Of a stretch of DNA of 64,000 nt, positions 13,761 to 26,640 are shown one piece after another. The stretch is from Octopus sinensis (Eukaryota): NCBI RefSeq assembly GCF_006345805.1, contig NC_042999.1, positions 70,184,001-70,248,000 of the forward strand. Reading direction: 5' to 3'. A program made the translations under genes and the position numbers. Within the stretch, counting starts at the first letter, position 1, and every line of letters begins with the position of its first letter. Under the pieces are notes generated by a model. The model searched no databases. It was not told where the DNA came from and saw only the letters and a program-made list of their open reading frames with translations.

Positions 13761-13850
<90 letters not shown>
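13761..13850. repeat. Pure (TA)n microsatellite
   Basis: Direct inspection. Confidence 0.97.
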
Positions 13851-13855
<5 letters not shown>

Positions 13856-14186
13856 ATGTGACCGCGTGTGTATCGTTGGCGATTTTCTTTCTCCGTCTTC
13901 CCTTACTTATTATTATTGGAGCAATTGGATACATACCAACCCGTCTTGAGCAAAATATGGCTAAATTGGACTCTTGCGGAGAAAACGCAAATCCTTAATT
14001 CATGTGCTGCAAATGATCGCGATATATGGGACTAAGAAAGTCTGCAAAACCTTCCTAAAATTTAAATGATATTGAAGAAAAAAGACGTTTTTGTTCACAA
14101 CCTTGCTACGAAACAGGTGGCCGGTTAAAATTTACTCTAAATTAAAAAGGGGAAGAGAAAGAACATCTGCATACGTTTATACATAC

Positions 14187-14276
14187 GTATCCCTTCAAGT
14201 CTCTCATACAACCAAAGCTCTAATTCTACAAGTTGTTCCCTGCAGCTTCGCCAAAAGTAGTACAACCCCAAGCCTA
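14187..14276 (-). other. Weak candidate coding exon A (90 nt, phase 1-1)
   Basis: Strong pyrimidine tract CTTGTTCTCTTTTCCTTTTCGAATAG and GTATGT donor; frame GLGLYYFWRSCREQLVELELWLYERLEGI. Confidence 0.2.
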
Positions 14277-14494
14277 CTATTCGAAAAGGAAAAGAGAACA
14301 AGTACAATATAGTCGGTGAAGAACGTATTTTGGTTGGTTGTGGGTCTCCGACGAAGATTGCTGAATATGGTGATTTATACGTGTGCGTGTGTGATACCTT
14401 ACGTATCTATGTATATACACTTTAGCGTTTGAAGCAGTTGAATCTGTTCCACTTAATAAGCTTTACTTTCTAAATCATTTGACACGAGCTGGAA

Positions 14495-14900
14495 TCTCTT
14501 TCTCTTTTTCTCTTTTTACTTGCTTCAGTCATTTTGACTGCAGCCATGCTGGTGCACCGCCTTTAATCGAGCAACTCGACCCCGGGACTTATTCTTTGTA
14601 AGCCCAGTACTTATTCTATCAGTCTCTTTTGCTGAACCGCTAAGTGACGGGGACAAAAACACACCAGCATCGGTTGTCAAGCAATTCTAGGGGGACAAAC
14701 ACAGACACACAAACATACACTCACATACATATATACGACAGGCTTCTTTCAGTTTCCGTCTACCAAATCCATTCACAAGGCTTTGGTCAGTCCGAGGCTA
14801 TAGTAGAAGACACTTGCCCAAGGTGCCACGCAGTGGGACTGAACCCGGAACCATGTGGTTGGTAAACAAGCTACTTACCACACAGCCACTCCAGCGCCTA
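14495..14900 (-). mobile_element. SINE family 1, full length
   Basis: Head GGCGC.GGAGTGGCTGTGTGGTAAG, internal (TA/TG) tract, tail GCACCAGCATGGCTGCAGTC..ACTGAAGCAAG. Confidence 0.93.
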
Positions 14901-15392
14901 TCGTCTTTATTATTTTTTTTTTTTTTGTATATTCGTTTTTATTATTATTTGTCTCATGATTCTTAACGAAACAGTTTGAAGTTTCCTAAATTAGCCAACA
15001 GCATTCCAACTTTCTTTCTTCTCTGTTTAGTTGATCCATTTTTCTTTTGTATCTGAAAGTTCATTCTGCTTTCGTAATGCTTAACTAATATTTTAATACG
15101 TATTTATAAATTCTGACGATTTGCAATGCATCGCAATATTGGCAAGAGATTTCTTCATCATTACTATAGTCCAAAAAGTACTTTTGAGGTAAGTTGCTGC
15201 TACACTATAAAAAAATGAATCTCAAGCTCCATTTGATTTTTATTCCACTAAGTTCAACCAAAATCGTTCCCTCTAAATTTTCAAATAAGATCTCTACTTA
15301 CTTGCAGGTGTTGTTCTGCTTATTTTTGTCTTCTTTTTTTTGTATTTGAAAGTTCATTCTATCTTCATTATGTCATAATGTTTTAATGTTCG

Positions 15393-15800
15393 TAGGTGCA
15401 GGCGTGGCAGTGTAGAAAGAAGCTTGCTTACCAATCACTTGGTTCCGGGTTCAGTCCCACTGCGTGGCATCTTGACAGGTGTCTTCTACTCTAGCCTCGG
15501 GCCGACCCAAAGCCTTTTGAGTGGATTTGGTAGACGGGAACTGAAAGAAGCCCGTCGTATATAGGTGTGTGTATGTGTATGTGTGTGTGTGTGTTTATCC
15601 TCTCCTCCCACCGCTTGACAACCGGCGCTAATGAGTTTACGTCCCCATAATCTAGAAGTTCGGCAAAAAAGAACGATAGAATAAGTACCAAGCTTTTGAA
15701 TAATAAGTGCTGGGGTTGATTTGTTCGACTAAAACGTTTTTCAAGGCGATAACCCATAATGGCAGCTGTCGAATGACTGAAATAACTCAAAGATAAAAGG
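15393..15800 (+). mobile_element. SINE family 1, full length, diverged
   Basis: Colinear with the 38998-39404 copy. Confidence 0.9.
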
Positions 15801-15934
15801 ATAAATTCAGATGATTTTCTCGGCATAGCAACAATCTTAAGAAATGTTGATGCTAATTTAGCGTGCAGTTTACAGCATTATCTGTAATCTACGCTGTGAA
15901 GTTACATGATTTGGGTTAGGGTTATGAACACTCT

Positions 15935-16340
15935 CTCTACTCTCTCTTTTACGCTTTTACTTGTTTCAGTCGTTTGACTGTGGCCATGTTGGAGCGCCGC
16001 CTTTAGTCGAGCAAATCGACCCCAGAACTTCTTTGTAAGCCTAGTACTTATACTATCGGTCTCCTTTGCCGAACCGCTACGTTACGGGGACGTAAACACA
16101 CCAGCATCAGTTGTCAAATGATGTTGGGGGGACAAACACAGACACACAAACATATACACACACATATACATTATATACGGAGGGCCTCTTTCAGTTTCTG
16201 TCTACCAAATCCACTCACAAAGCTTTGGTCGGCCCGAGGCTATAGTAGAAGACATCTGCCCAAGGTGCCACACAGTGAGACTGAATCTGGAACCATGTGG
16301 TTGGTAAGCAAGCTACTTACCACACAGCCACTCCTACGCC
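15935..16340 (-). mobile_element. SINE family 1, full length
   Basis: Colinear with family consensus. Confidence 0.92.
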
Positions 16341-16509
16341 TGCACTTTGAAATTACAGATTAAAAATTCAGACGGTTTTCTAATGACGTTTGAATATGTT
16401 GGAAAAATATTTCTTTGTGACGAACCTACTTCATACCATCAACATTCAAACAGTGGTCATCCTGTTTTCTTTTCTGTCATACGTATTCAGGATTATATTA
16501 TCCAGCATA

Positions 16510-16725
16510 TTGATATCAAATTTTGGCACAATGCCAGCATGTTCGGGGGAAGGTGTAGTCGATTACATCGACCCTCCTTTACTCAATTGATACTTATTTT
16601 ATCGACCCAGCAAGGTTGAAAGGCAAAGTTGACCTCAGTGGAATTTGAACTCAGAACGTAAAGACGGACGAAATACTGCTAAGCATGTTGTCCCACGAGC
16701 TAACGATTCTGCTAGCTCGCTGCTG
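16510..16725 (-). mobile_element. SINE family 2
   Basis: Colinear with 6541-6773. Confidence 0.88.
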
Positions 16726-17658
16726 CCATCGTAAACCACTCAGTCGAAAATGAATTAACCCTGGGGATTAACCCTGTGTTGGGCAAGCCCTTCATTAAGG
16801 GCAAGGCCTGTCTTGAACCTTCAGTCGCCTAAACACCTGTGAAATCCGGATATATTCTGGCTTAATCCCTCCGTAAACTAAAGACAATTTCTTTTTTATA
16901 AATCCAATTTTTTTAAAAGGTAGTATAATATTTTGATAATTTGCTAGTAATACATTTTAAAACTAGTACTGTTTAATGCATAGGTTTAAAAATTCTCGAG
17001 TTTCATGTTTCATGTGTAATATTTGGTAATTTAATATTTCTAGTTTTAGCAAAGATAGGAGGAGGAACGCTATTTGTTGCAGGTTTCAATGACCGCCTTA
17101 GCAGCTCTGATGCAGCAGGAATTCCAATCTCGAGTATCCAATTCGCAGAGACCTCAGTTATTTTTGATATATTCCATCTGCTATATATTCATTGTAACAA
17201 CAACCTTCAAATTGTCACAAATCTATTGGTATTATATTCTACACGAATTCAATTTTTTACATTTTATCCTTACGTCGATAAAATAAAAGTAGCAGTCCAG
17301 TTAATGAGATCGATTTAATTGAATACTCTCCCCAAAATATGTGACCTCTTGCCAATATTAGAAATCAGTTTTTTTGCTGCTTTTATTTTCGTTTTCTGTT
17401 TTGTTGTTTTTTTTACATAGTTCTAAATTTCTCAAATGTTATTTTTATCTAGTTTACATAACTGACTGGAATCGTTGGCAGCTTGCTACCACAACGTAAC
17501 AAAACTTTGATTCACTCTTCGTAAGCAGAAATCGATGTCGTTCAAGAGTACAAATTCCCGTAAAGAAATAAACGGAACAAAATCTGCTTTATGAATACCG
17601 AATTTACACTAACAGCCAAGGAACCGAGTTGCGTTTTGACAGTTTCTTGTGTTTAACT

Positions 17659-18260
17659 CAGTGGTTCTCAACCGAAGTTCATATGGCCCTTGGGGATCCA
17701 TATAAAACTTTTGGGGGGTTCATACAAAATAGTAAATTGGGGATCCACAATAGTATTATAAGGGCCCCTGAAAAAATTTTGCTTGAGATTTATGTATTGA
17801 TATGTGTTGCAAGGGGAGGCGCAATGGCCCAGTAGTTAGGGCAGCGGACTCGCGGTCGGAGGATCGCGGTTTCGATTCCCAGACCGGGCGTTGTGTGTGT
17901 TTATTGAGCGAAAACACCTAAAGCTCCACGAGGCTCCGGCAGGGGGTGGTGGCAACCCCTGTTGCACTCTTTCGCCCCAACTTTCTCTCACTCCCTCTTC
18001 CTGTTTCTTGAGTAACGCTGCGATGTACTGGCGTCCCGTCCAGCTGGGGCGGGGGGACACATACGCTATAGAAACCGGGCCCATGAGCCTGGCTAGGCTT
18101 GAAAAGGGCGCATAAATAAAAAATAAAATGTGTTGCAAGGAACAGCTAGGTTTCTTTCTCTAACATTTTACACAGTTCAACACTACACAAGTTAATATAT
18201 ATTTTTAAAAAATAGGAATTTTGAAAGTATCTATAAAATAAGTTTTTAAACAATAAATAG
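17659..18260. mobile_element. hAT-like non-autonomous element fragment hosting a SINE
   Basis: CAGTGGTTCTCAACC terminus typical of hAT MITEs; right terminus not seen. Confidence 0.4.
17815..18127 (+). mobile_element. SINE family 3 (head GGAGGCGCAATGGCCCAG), tail type A
   Basis: tRNA-like A/B boxes (TGGCCCAGT.GTTAG, GGTTTCGATTCC); 13-bp TSD ATGTGTTGCAAGG at 17802-17814 and 18128-18140. Confidence 0.93.
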
Positions 18261-18718
18261 CGACGAGAGCCCACCAGAATGAAATAATGATCAAAAGAGT
18301 CCATAGATAAGAAAAGATGGTAGTCTTGCAAGGTTTTCTAGTAGACTCTGCAGCAACTCATACTAAGGATGAGAATTTTGTAAATCCACAAGCTTTTATA
18401 AGCGTTGGTAGCCCTCTTATCTTCTGATTCAAGTGTGAATGCATCATATAGAGAATCGTGCATGAGAGGCGATTTTTCTTTTCTATTATCAGTTATCAGA
18501 TTGCGCCCTTGCTGGAGCACTACCTTCAAGGCTTTTTAGTTAATTTTATCATTCCCGTTAATCTGTGTAGTACTTATCTTATCGCTCTCTTCAGGGACGG
18601 AATGCATAACCGATCCATCGTAACGAGAGGTAAACGGTAGTGTACAACATAAAAGGTAATTTTTGCAATTTTTGTTCAATATATCGATTGTGCAATTCTT
18701 CGACGATTTATATATACA

Positions 18719-19115
18719 CAGAGTGGCTGTGTGATAAGTAGCTTGCTTACCAACCACATGGTTCTGGGTTCAGCCCCACTGCGTGGCACCTTGGGCAAGT
18801 GTTTTCTACTATAGCCTCGGGCCGGCCAAAGCCTTGTGAGTGCATTTGGCGAACGGAAACTGAAAGAAGCCTGTCGTATATATGTACATATATATGTATA
18901 TGTATGTGTGTGTATATGTTTGTGTTTGTCCCCCCAACATCGCTTGACAACCGATGCTGGTGTGTTTACGTCCCCGTAACTTATTGCTTCAGCAAAAGAG
19001 ACCGATAGAGCAAGTACTAGGCTTACAAAGAATAAGTCCTGGGGGTTGATTTGCTCGGCTAAAGGCGGTGCTCCAGCATGGCCGCAGTCAAATGACTGAA
19101 ACAAGTAAGAGATTA
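18719..19115 (+). mobile_element. SINE family 1, full length
   Basis: Colinear with family consensus. Confidence 0.93.
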
Positions 19116-19274
19116 AAATAGTAGGCGAGCGAGTGTATGTGTGTGTGCTGGGGGTGGGGGCGAACGTGTTTGTGCGGGGGTCATATCCTCGTGGATTAAA
19201 TATCAGTGAAACATTTACACAAGATTCCGCAGTCAGATCGGAAGCAAAACGGCGTGCTTTTGTGTATTCTTTCC

Positions 19275-19276
19275 AC

Positions 19277-19319
<43 letters not shown>

Positions 19320-19395
19320 CACACACACATGCACGCACATGCACACACACGCACTCACACACATACACATACATACTCATACACATACGTATATG

Positions 19396-19428
<33 letters not shown>

Positions 19429-19602
19429 ACAAATTTACATATATACATGCAAATATACTTATCAATACCTACATATATATAACGCTTGTGCGTGTATGCG
19501 TGTGTATATGTATATATGTATTATATATATTATATATATATGTGGTGTATACATATACAATATATATATATATATTATATATAATATATATATATATATA
19601 TG

Positions 19603-19633
<31 letters not shown>

Positions 19634-19640
19634 TATTTGT
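19275..19640. repeat. (CA)n-(TA)n compound microsatellite
   Basis: Direct inspection. Confidence 0.93.
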
Positions 19641-19729
19641 AGATAGTAATGGGATTACACACATACATTTTGTTACGACTTTCCTAGTTCTTTCACCGTC
19701 ACTTTGCCCCGTTTGATGCTATAATTCTT

Positions 19730-20185
19730 CAACACGTCTTCTTCTTCTTCTTTTCTTCTTCTTCTTCTTCTTCTTTTCTCTTCTTCTTCTTCTTTTTCTT
19801 CTTTTCTTCTTCTTTTTCTTCTTCTTCTTTTCTTCTTTTCTTCTTATTCTTCTTCTTCTTCTTCTTCTTCTTCTTCTTCTTTTCTTCTTCTTCTTCTTCT
19901 TCTGCTGCTGCTGCTGCTTCTGCTTCTTCTTCTTCATCATCATCTTCATCTCCTCCTCCTCCTCCTCCTCCCCATTCTTCCTCTTTTTATTATCATTATT
20001 CGTATTCTTTTTCTTCTCTCCTATCATCATCACCACTGCCGCTGCCACCATGAACACCATCACCTCAACCACAACCATCATCATTATCATTATCATCATC
20101 TTCATCACCTCCACCACCACCACCACTATCATCATCACCTCAACCACAACCATCATCATCATCATCGTCATCATCATCATCTTCA
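19730..20185. repeat. Compound trinucleotide array (CTT)n-(CTG)n-(CAT)n-(CTC)n-(CAC/CAT)n
   Basis: Direct inspection; the poly-K/R/E/M ORF is its read-through. Confidence 0.92.
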
Positions 20186-20441
20186 ATTCTCACTTACAGT
20201 CTTCTTTCTCACTCTGCTCTTCCGCTCTACCTTCTCTTCCCATTCCTCTTCATGTCTCTGTCTCTCCACCACCCCAACTCTATGCGTCCCTCTACTTCAC
20301 CCTATCTACCCAACCATACTTCTCCCCCCTCCATTTCTTCAAAATAATTTTTCCCTGTGCTCTATCATATTTCAACTCAAAACACATTGCCATCTCGGTT
20401 TTCGTTCTTCTCCCAAAGAGCTTTCATTTTTATATCTCGAG

Positions 20442-20444
<3 letters not shown>

Positions 20445-20516
<72 letters not shown>
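20445..20516. repeat. (CT)n microsatellite
   Basis: Direct inspection. Confidence 0.97.
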
Positions 20517-20520
<4 letters not shown>

Positions 20521-20589
20521 AGCATCTTTACGTCTTCGACGTTACTTTTCGAACAGATTGAATACATATCAGTAATAGTAGTTCTATTT

Positions 20590-21005
20590 CTTATTTCTTT
20601 ACTACCGACAGGCGGCTAAACACAGAGGTGACAAACAAAGACAGACAAACGGATTAAGTCGATTATATCGACCCCAGTGCGTAACTGGTACTTATTTAAT
20701 CGACCCCGAAAGGATGAAAGGTAAAGTCGACCTCGACGGAATTTGAACTCAGAACGTAGCGGCAGACGAAATACCTATTTCTTTACTACCCACAAGGGGC
20801 TAAACACAGAGGTGACAAACAAGGACAAACAAACGGATTAAGTCGATTACATCGAACTCAGTGCGTAACTGGTACTTATTTAATCGACCCCGAAAGGATG
20901 AAAGGTAAAGTCGACCTCGGCGGAATTTGAACTCAGAACGTAAAGGTAGACGAAATGCAGCTATGCATTTCTTCCGGCGTGCTAACGATTCTGCCAGCTC
21001 ACCAC
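20590..21005 (-). mobile_element. SINE family 2 with near-identical internal tandem duplication (~185 bp)
   Basis: GGCTAAACACAGAGGTGACAAACAA... at ~20615 and ~20798. Confidence 0.9.
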
Positions 21006-21099
21006 CTTTATCAGATGACATTCTCGATATGACCATCCCGACATTTTCAGACATAATATATCTAGAAGTACTTCTAATATATCTTCCTTCTGAGAATGC

Positions 21100-21432
21100 A
21101 GTGATGGCGCGTGACTATTTAGAGTATATTTAGAGTATTCGCCTTGTGATCGTACTTTCGTGAGTTCGATTCCTAGCATCTCCTTGTGTCCGTGAGCATG
21201 ATACTTTTATTTCTAGTTTCTCTAGTCCACTCAGCTGACAAAAATTAGCAATACCTGTATTTCAAAGAACCAGCCTTGTCATATTCTGTGTCATGATGAG
21301 TCTTCTTGAGAACTACGTTAAGGCTATGCGTGTCTGTGGAATCCTCAGCCACTTGCACGTTAACTTGAAGAGCAGGTTGTTCCGTTGATCGGATGAACTG
21401 GAACCCTCATCGTCGTAACCGACGGAGTATCT
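21100..21432 (+). mobile_element. SINE family 3-related, tail type B, diverged
   Basis: Ends CGTCGTAACCGACGGAGT, as does the 40793-41166 copy. Confidence 0.8.
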
Positions 21433-21589
21433 GTTTTTTTAAGACTATAAAGTGTGATTTGCGGAAGATTTGGTTGCTATTTCGTGTCTGATCGAGTGAC
21501 AGTCGTGAGACCCTTACGGTGGTTTATTTGTTACTGGTTGTAAAGATATGAGATTGCTTTACATTTATGGAGGGAGCATATATAGAAAG

Positions 21590-21800
21590 GTGTGGTGAGC
21601 TGACAGAATCATTAGCAAAATGTTTAGGGCAAAATGTCGGACAAAATGCTTAGGGCATTTCGTCTGTCTTTGCGTTTTGAGTTTAAATTCCGCTTTTCGT
21701 CCTTTCGGGGTCGATATAATAAGTACTGAGGTCGATGTAATCGAATTCCACCTCCCATCGAGACTGCTGTCCATGTGCCAAAATTTGAAATCAATATATG
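21590..21800 (+). mobile_element. SINE family 2
   Basis: Family motifs. Confidence 0.82.
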
Positions 21801-22599
21801 TAAAAGGGGGAAAAAATAGAATATTTATGTACTTATATGCAAGCAAGCAAGCGTGTGTGTGTATGTGTGTGTAAAGAATACACAAACGCGCGAGGAAAAT
21901 GGGAGTCGGTACCATTCTTGCTTTCGGTAAGATACTTAACGTCTCAAGTGAACCGACGTGAACTATGAATCAACTATAGTACTAATATTACAGAAAGTTA
22001 TTGACACCAAGGTGACATTTACTACAATTTTTGGTTCTTTTTGTTTTATTTTTTATTAATTAACTTAGGTATGTGAGAAGCAGTGTTCATGGGTTTTTTC
22101 AGAATTTCCGAGACTGATAGGAGGAAGGGTGAAAGTTATCCTCAAATTGGACACCTAGTTTAAATGAATAATCTCAAGAGAGTGGATTTGGCTAAAAGTA
22201 TTCCAAATCCAGGTTATGAATCTTAAAAAGGCGACAGAAAGTCTACCACCAATATATGGTGGCTTCTTCCGTAGTGAACGACAGATGAAGGTTCTGAAAT
22301 TTGGTCCCTTTATTTTGATGTCGAGCTGAGCATTTTATGGTACAGACTGGTGATCTTGAATAGGTTTAAACTTTATGTTGTGAGAAGCGAGCTCTGCCTC
22401 GTTGCGTGCAATACGAATTCAAAATGACTACAAACGAAATCATTTGAAGTAGGTTTTTATTGGTGACTCTGCTTGAGATTCATATGAAGCTGATCACGAT
22501 ATTTCTATTTACTCAATTCAAACTGTTTTAAGCTAGTAAAACACGTTGTATTCCATTTATTTTGTTTTTCATCAAGATCAATATTACAATTCTTGACAA

Positions 22600-22815
22600 G
22601 GTGACGAGCTAGCAGAATCGTTAGCATACCGGGCAAAATGCTTAACGGCATGTCGTCCCGTCTTTACGTTCTGAGTTCAAATTCCCCGGAGGTCGACTTT
22701 CCTTTTCATCCTTTCTGGGTCGATAACGTAAATACCAGTTGAGCGCTGGGATCGAAGCAATTGACTTACCCAGTCCCTTGAAATTGCTGGGCTTGTGCCA
22801 AAATTTGAAACCAAT
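22600..22815 (+). mobile_element. SINE family 2
   Basis: Family motifs. Confidence 0.88.
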
Positions 22816-23792
22816 ATTACAACAGTTGAATTAAGTTTATCTTTGTAATCTTAAGTTTATCTTTGTAATGTAAGAGAGGACTACGAACAGGGCGTTTGCT
22901 GTTCCAAAACTAACCGACCAGCTGTTTGGGGAGCCTATATCTTTCATTCGAACCAAGTGTCATGCCCTTCTAAACTATCTTCATTAGAACAGCTTCAATA
23001 CCAGTTATGTTATATCGTTGAAATATTTCACTGTTTCTAACTTTCTTTGCTACTTAATACCACCTCTATTCTCAAGTATAGATCCTTAAATTTAGTTCGA
23101 ATGTGTTACGAACTTCTGATCTTAAGTATCCTTTAACAAGATACAAACTCTGGACTGTTGCTTCGTTGTTTGGTGGCCTATCAATTCGGTCATCTGCTGC
23201 ATCTGTCATTATAAAAATACCCATTGAAAACACATAAAGGTGTATTATTATGTGTGCTATTCAGGGATCTCAAAGACAAACACTAGATAAGGAACCAAGA
23301 TGACGTAGCACTAAAACTTAGAAAGCAAAAAAAAAATCAGAAAAGGATGTATAGTAAAGTCATAGAAAGATAATAAAAGAAACAAATTTGTCAAGAAACA
23401 AATCATTTAGATTAATCTTCTACGTCCAATCTCTCTAATATTTACATTGAAAGAAACATTTAGACCAACACTTCTCCTTCGTAGTGTAAATGATATTCTT
23501 CTGACGTAGTACAGGAGCGTTCGATTCTTTTCTTTTTTATCGTTTACTTATTGCAGTCATTGAAGTGCGACCATGCTGGAAAACTACCATTAAGTGCTTA
23601 GTCGAGAAAATCGACAACTTCCCGCCCTTACTGATCGAATATCAATAGCAATGTAATATGCGACAGTAAAATCGCAAAAAAAAAGATATATGAATGTAAA
23701 AGAATTAAATTCTGAAGTTACATATAGATCTTATAAATCCGCTAGCAAATAGAGTTGATTGAAATAAGGCAGTGAACTTTCGCATTTAGTTA

Positions 23793-24045
23793 AAAAATAA
23801 AAATAAATGTTCCTTCTCAAGCCATGCCAGGCTCATAAGGGCTGGTTTCCCGGTTTCAGTGGCGTAGAAATTCCCCACCAGGACGGGACGCCGGTCCGAC
23901 GCAGGATTACTCATTTTTGTCTGCTGAGTGGACTGGAGCAAGTGAAAATGAAGTGTTTTGCTCGAGAACACAATGGTCTAGGAATCGAAACCACAACCAT
24001 ACGATCATGAGTTCAACACCCTAACCACTAAGCCACGCACCTCCA
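23793..24045 (-). mobile_element. SINE family 3-related, tail type A
   Basis: TSD GCATTTAGTTA at 23782-23792 and 24050-24060 (15 bp with one mismatch). Confidence 0.88.
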
Positions 24046-24365
24046 TTTTGCATTTAGTTACTACTTTTTTATATTCCCGCTTTATTATTCCTTGTTTTAT
24101 TTTCCTGTACATATATTATTTGGGGGATACTATATAATAACGGAGGTGTATTACGATCTCTCAGAAACATCAGCTGTTATATAGCTAAATCATTATTCAA
24201 TATATTATAATAGTCTATTATTGAACTCTTTATATAATCTCTTGCTCCAGAACGAGTATACTTACACATATTTGTGTGTGTGCATGTGAGTGCATCTATG
24301 TATTTGTCGAAGAGGCGGAGAATAAAGAAATGGAAAAGAGAAAGAAAAATAAGAACAAACGTAGC

Positions 24366-24367
<2 letters not shown>

Positions 24368-24431
<64 letters not shown>

Positions 24432-24548
24432 CTTTTTCCTGAGCCTAATAATAATACTTTAATTGTTCCACGTGTTGTTGTTTTTTCTGTTTTCCCGTTT
24501 GGATTAACCTTATATATATATAATATATATATATAATATAATAATATA

Positions 24549-24599
<51 letters not shown>

Positions 24600-24791
24600 T
24601 ATCTACGCGTGGCGTGCGGGTGTGGTATACATAAATAAAGAGAGAAAGCATATATTTATATGTATAAATGAATGGGTGGCAGTATGTATGTCTGTAAGCA
24701 TACACACAATACTTATACAAAGATGCATATATATGTACGTAAATACATGTGTAAGCATACACGTATAATTACATAAACATACATTTATACA

Positions 24792-24853
<62 letters not shown>

Positions 24854-25110
24854 AGTATGGTGTGCATATATAGATGTATATGTACATTATAAATGTGTGT
24901 GTGTATGTATATGTGTATGCATATATACGTGTACATACATATATGTGTCTATGCATGCAAACACACACACACACACATACATACAGATAGACAGACATGC
25001 ATACATACATACATACATACATACATACATACATACATACATACATACATACATACATGCATATATATATATATAAAGGGAAAGTTTACATACATACACA
25101 CACACACTTT
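24368..25110. repeat. Large compound (TA)n/(TG)n/(TACA)n microsatellite region
   Basis: Direct inspection. Confidence 0.9.
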
Positions 25111-25384
25111 ACACACTCAACATGATAATATATATAAGTTCTTGGAGTATATGAAGAAATAAAGGTATGGCAAAGTGATGGTAGGGTGATAAGGTGGTAG
25201 ATTTGCTGCAGTATGGTCAATCACTAATGAGAAACTAACAATTATAGATATGAGGATAACACTGTAGAAACGGAAACTAAAGTTCAAAGGATTCCTGAAA
25301 TAATGATCATGTACATTTGAATGGGACATGACAGTGAATCTTAGATTATGCAAGTGTAGATTAGTGTGTGGTGTATATTTATAG

Positions 25385-25456
25385 AAACACATGCGCACAC
25401 ACCCGTATATGCACAGACACACTTGCACACATGAACACAGACACACACACTCAAGC

Positions 25457-25515
<59 letters not shown>

Positions 25516-25546
25516 TGTGCGTGTGTGTGTGTAGATACTTATGTGC

Positions 25547-25578
<32 letters not shown>

Positions 25579-25757
25579 CTGTGTGTGTCTGTGTGTGTGT
25601 GGAAAGAGAGAGAGAGACAAAGTGAGAATGCGATAGACAGACAGAAAGAGATAGAGAGAGAGGGAGAGCGCTACATACATATAAATATATATGCTTATAT
25701 ATACACATAGTGTGCGTGTATATATATATATATATATAAGATATATATATATATATA
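25385..25757. repeat. Compound (CA)n/(TG)n/(GA)n/(TA)n microsatellite region
   Basis: Direct inspection. Confidence 0.9.
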
Positions 25758-25974
25758 TATACATATATATTATATACCGGAGTAAGCACATAAATGTGAA
25801 ACAGGTGGAAAAAAGAGTACTCAAATACTAGAGGTAGAGTAATATGCTTTATTTAAAAGTAGCAGAAATATAACAAAACCTGTACTCGGAGGTTTCACGT
25901 TCCCGTTCGTCGGGAACGTGAAACTCCGAGTAACAGTAGTAAATTTGTTATATTTCTGCTGCTTTTAAATAAAG
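25758..25974. mobile_element. Penelope-like repeat pair in inverted orientation, flanked by (TA)n on both sides
   Basis: Arms 25847-25905 and 25911-25974 are reverse complements with a 5-nt spacer. Confidence 0.6.
25879..25913 (-). ncRNA. Incomplete hammerhead motif, variant core CCGACGA
   Basis: CCGACGA-ACG(GGAA)CGT-GAA-ACTC(C)GAGT-A-ACAG by arm consensus; 5' strand of stem I lost at the inversion junction. Confidence 0.45.
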
Positions 25975-25995
25975 TATATATATATATATATATAC

Positions 25996-26030
<35 letters not shown>

Positions 26031-26384
26031 CGTATACATATATATATGGGTATGTATGCATATGTTTGTATATACATGTGTCTGTATTTTGTATCTATGT
26101 ATGCATTTGTGTATACAAAAATGAGCTAAGAGAAATAACTTGACGTGGCCATGGCTTGCATTTGAATAGCGCAGACACATGCCAGTATATTAAGTACCTT
26201 ACATCAGAACTTCTTGATTTATTAAGATTAGCTCCGCCTCTAGAGAATGTATCATAATTACCATACTGTAAGTATGACCAACTCCTCTTGGGAAGGAGGG
26301 ATGACTTCATTGTTCAAGAATCCTCCAAAACTGACATGCTATTAGGGAAAGGAACAGGATTATTGTCAAGAGATAAGGGAACGT

Positions 26385-26640
26385 GTTTCTGGTCCCACTG
26401 CGTGGCATCTTTGCAAGTGTCTTCTACTATAGTCACGAGCCGACCGACCACTTATGAGTGGATTTGGTAGACGGAAACTGAAAGAAGCCCATCGTGTGTG
26501 TGTGCGCGCGCGCGCGCGTGTGTATGTATCTTTGTGTTTGTCTCCACCACCGCTTGAGAGTTGTTTGTTGGTATGTTTACTTCCCCGTAAGCTAGCGATT
26601 CGGCCAAAGAGACCGATAGAATCAGTACCGGGCTTTAAAA
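26385..26640 (+). mobile_element. SINE family 1, partial
   Basis: Central part colinear with consensus. Confidence 0.85.

Noticed and set aside
19719-20186. Poly-M/V/E/K/R ORF resembling a low-complexity nuclear protein
   Set aside because: Entirely trinucleotide repeat, with no non-repetitive coding flank or splice signals
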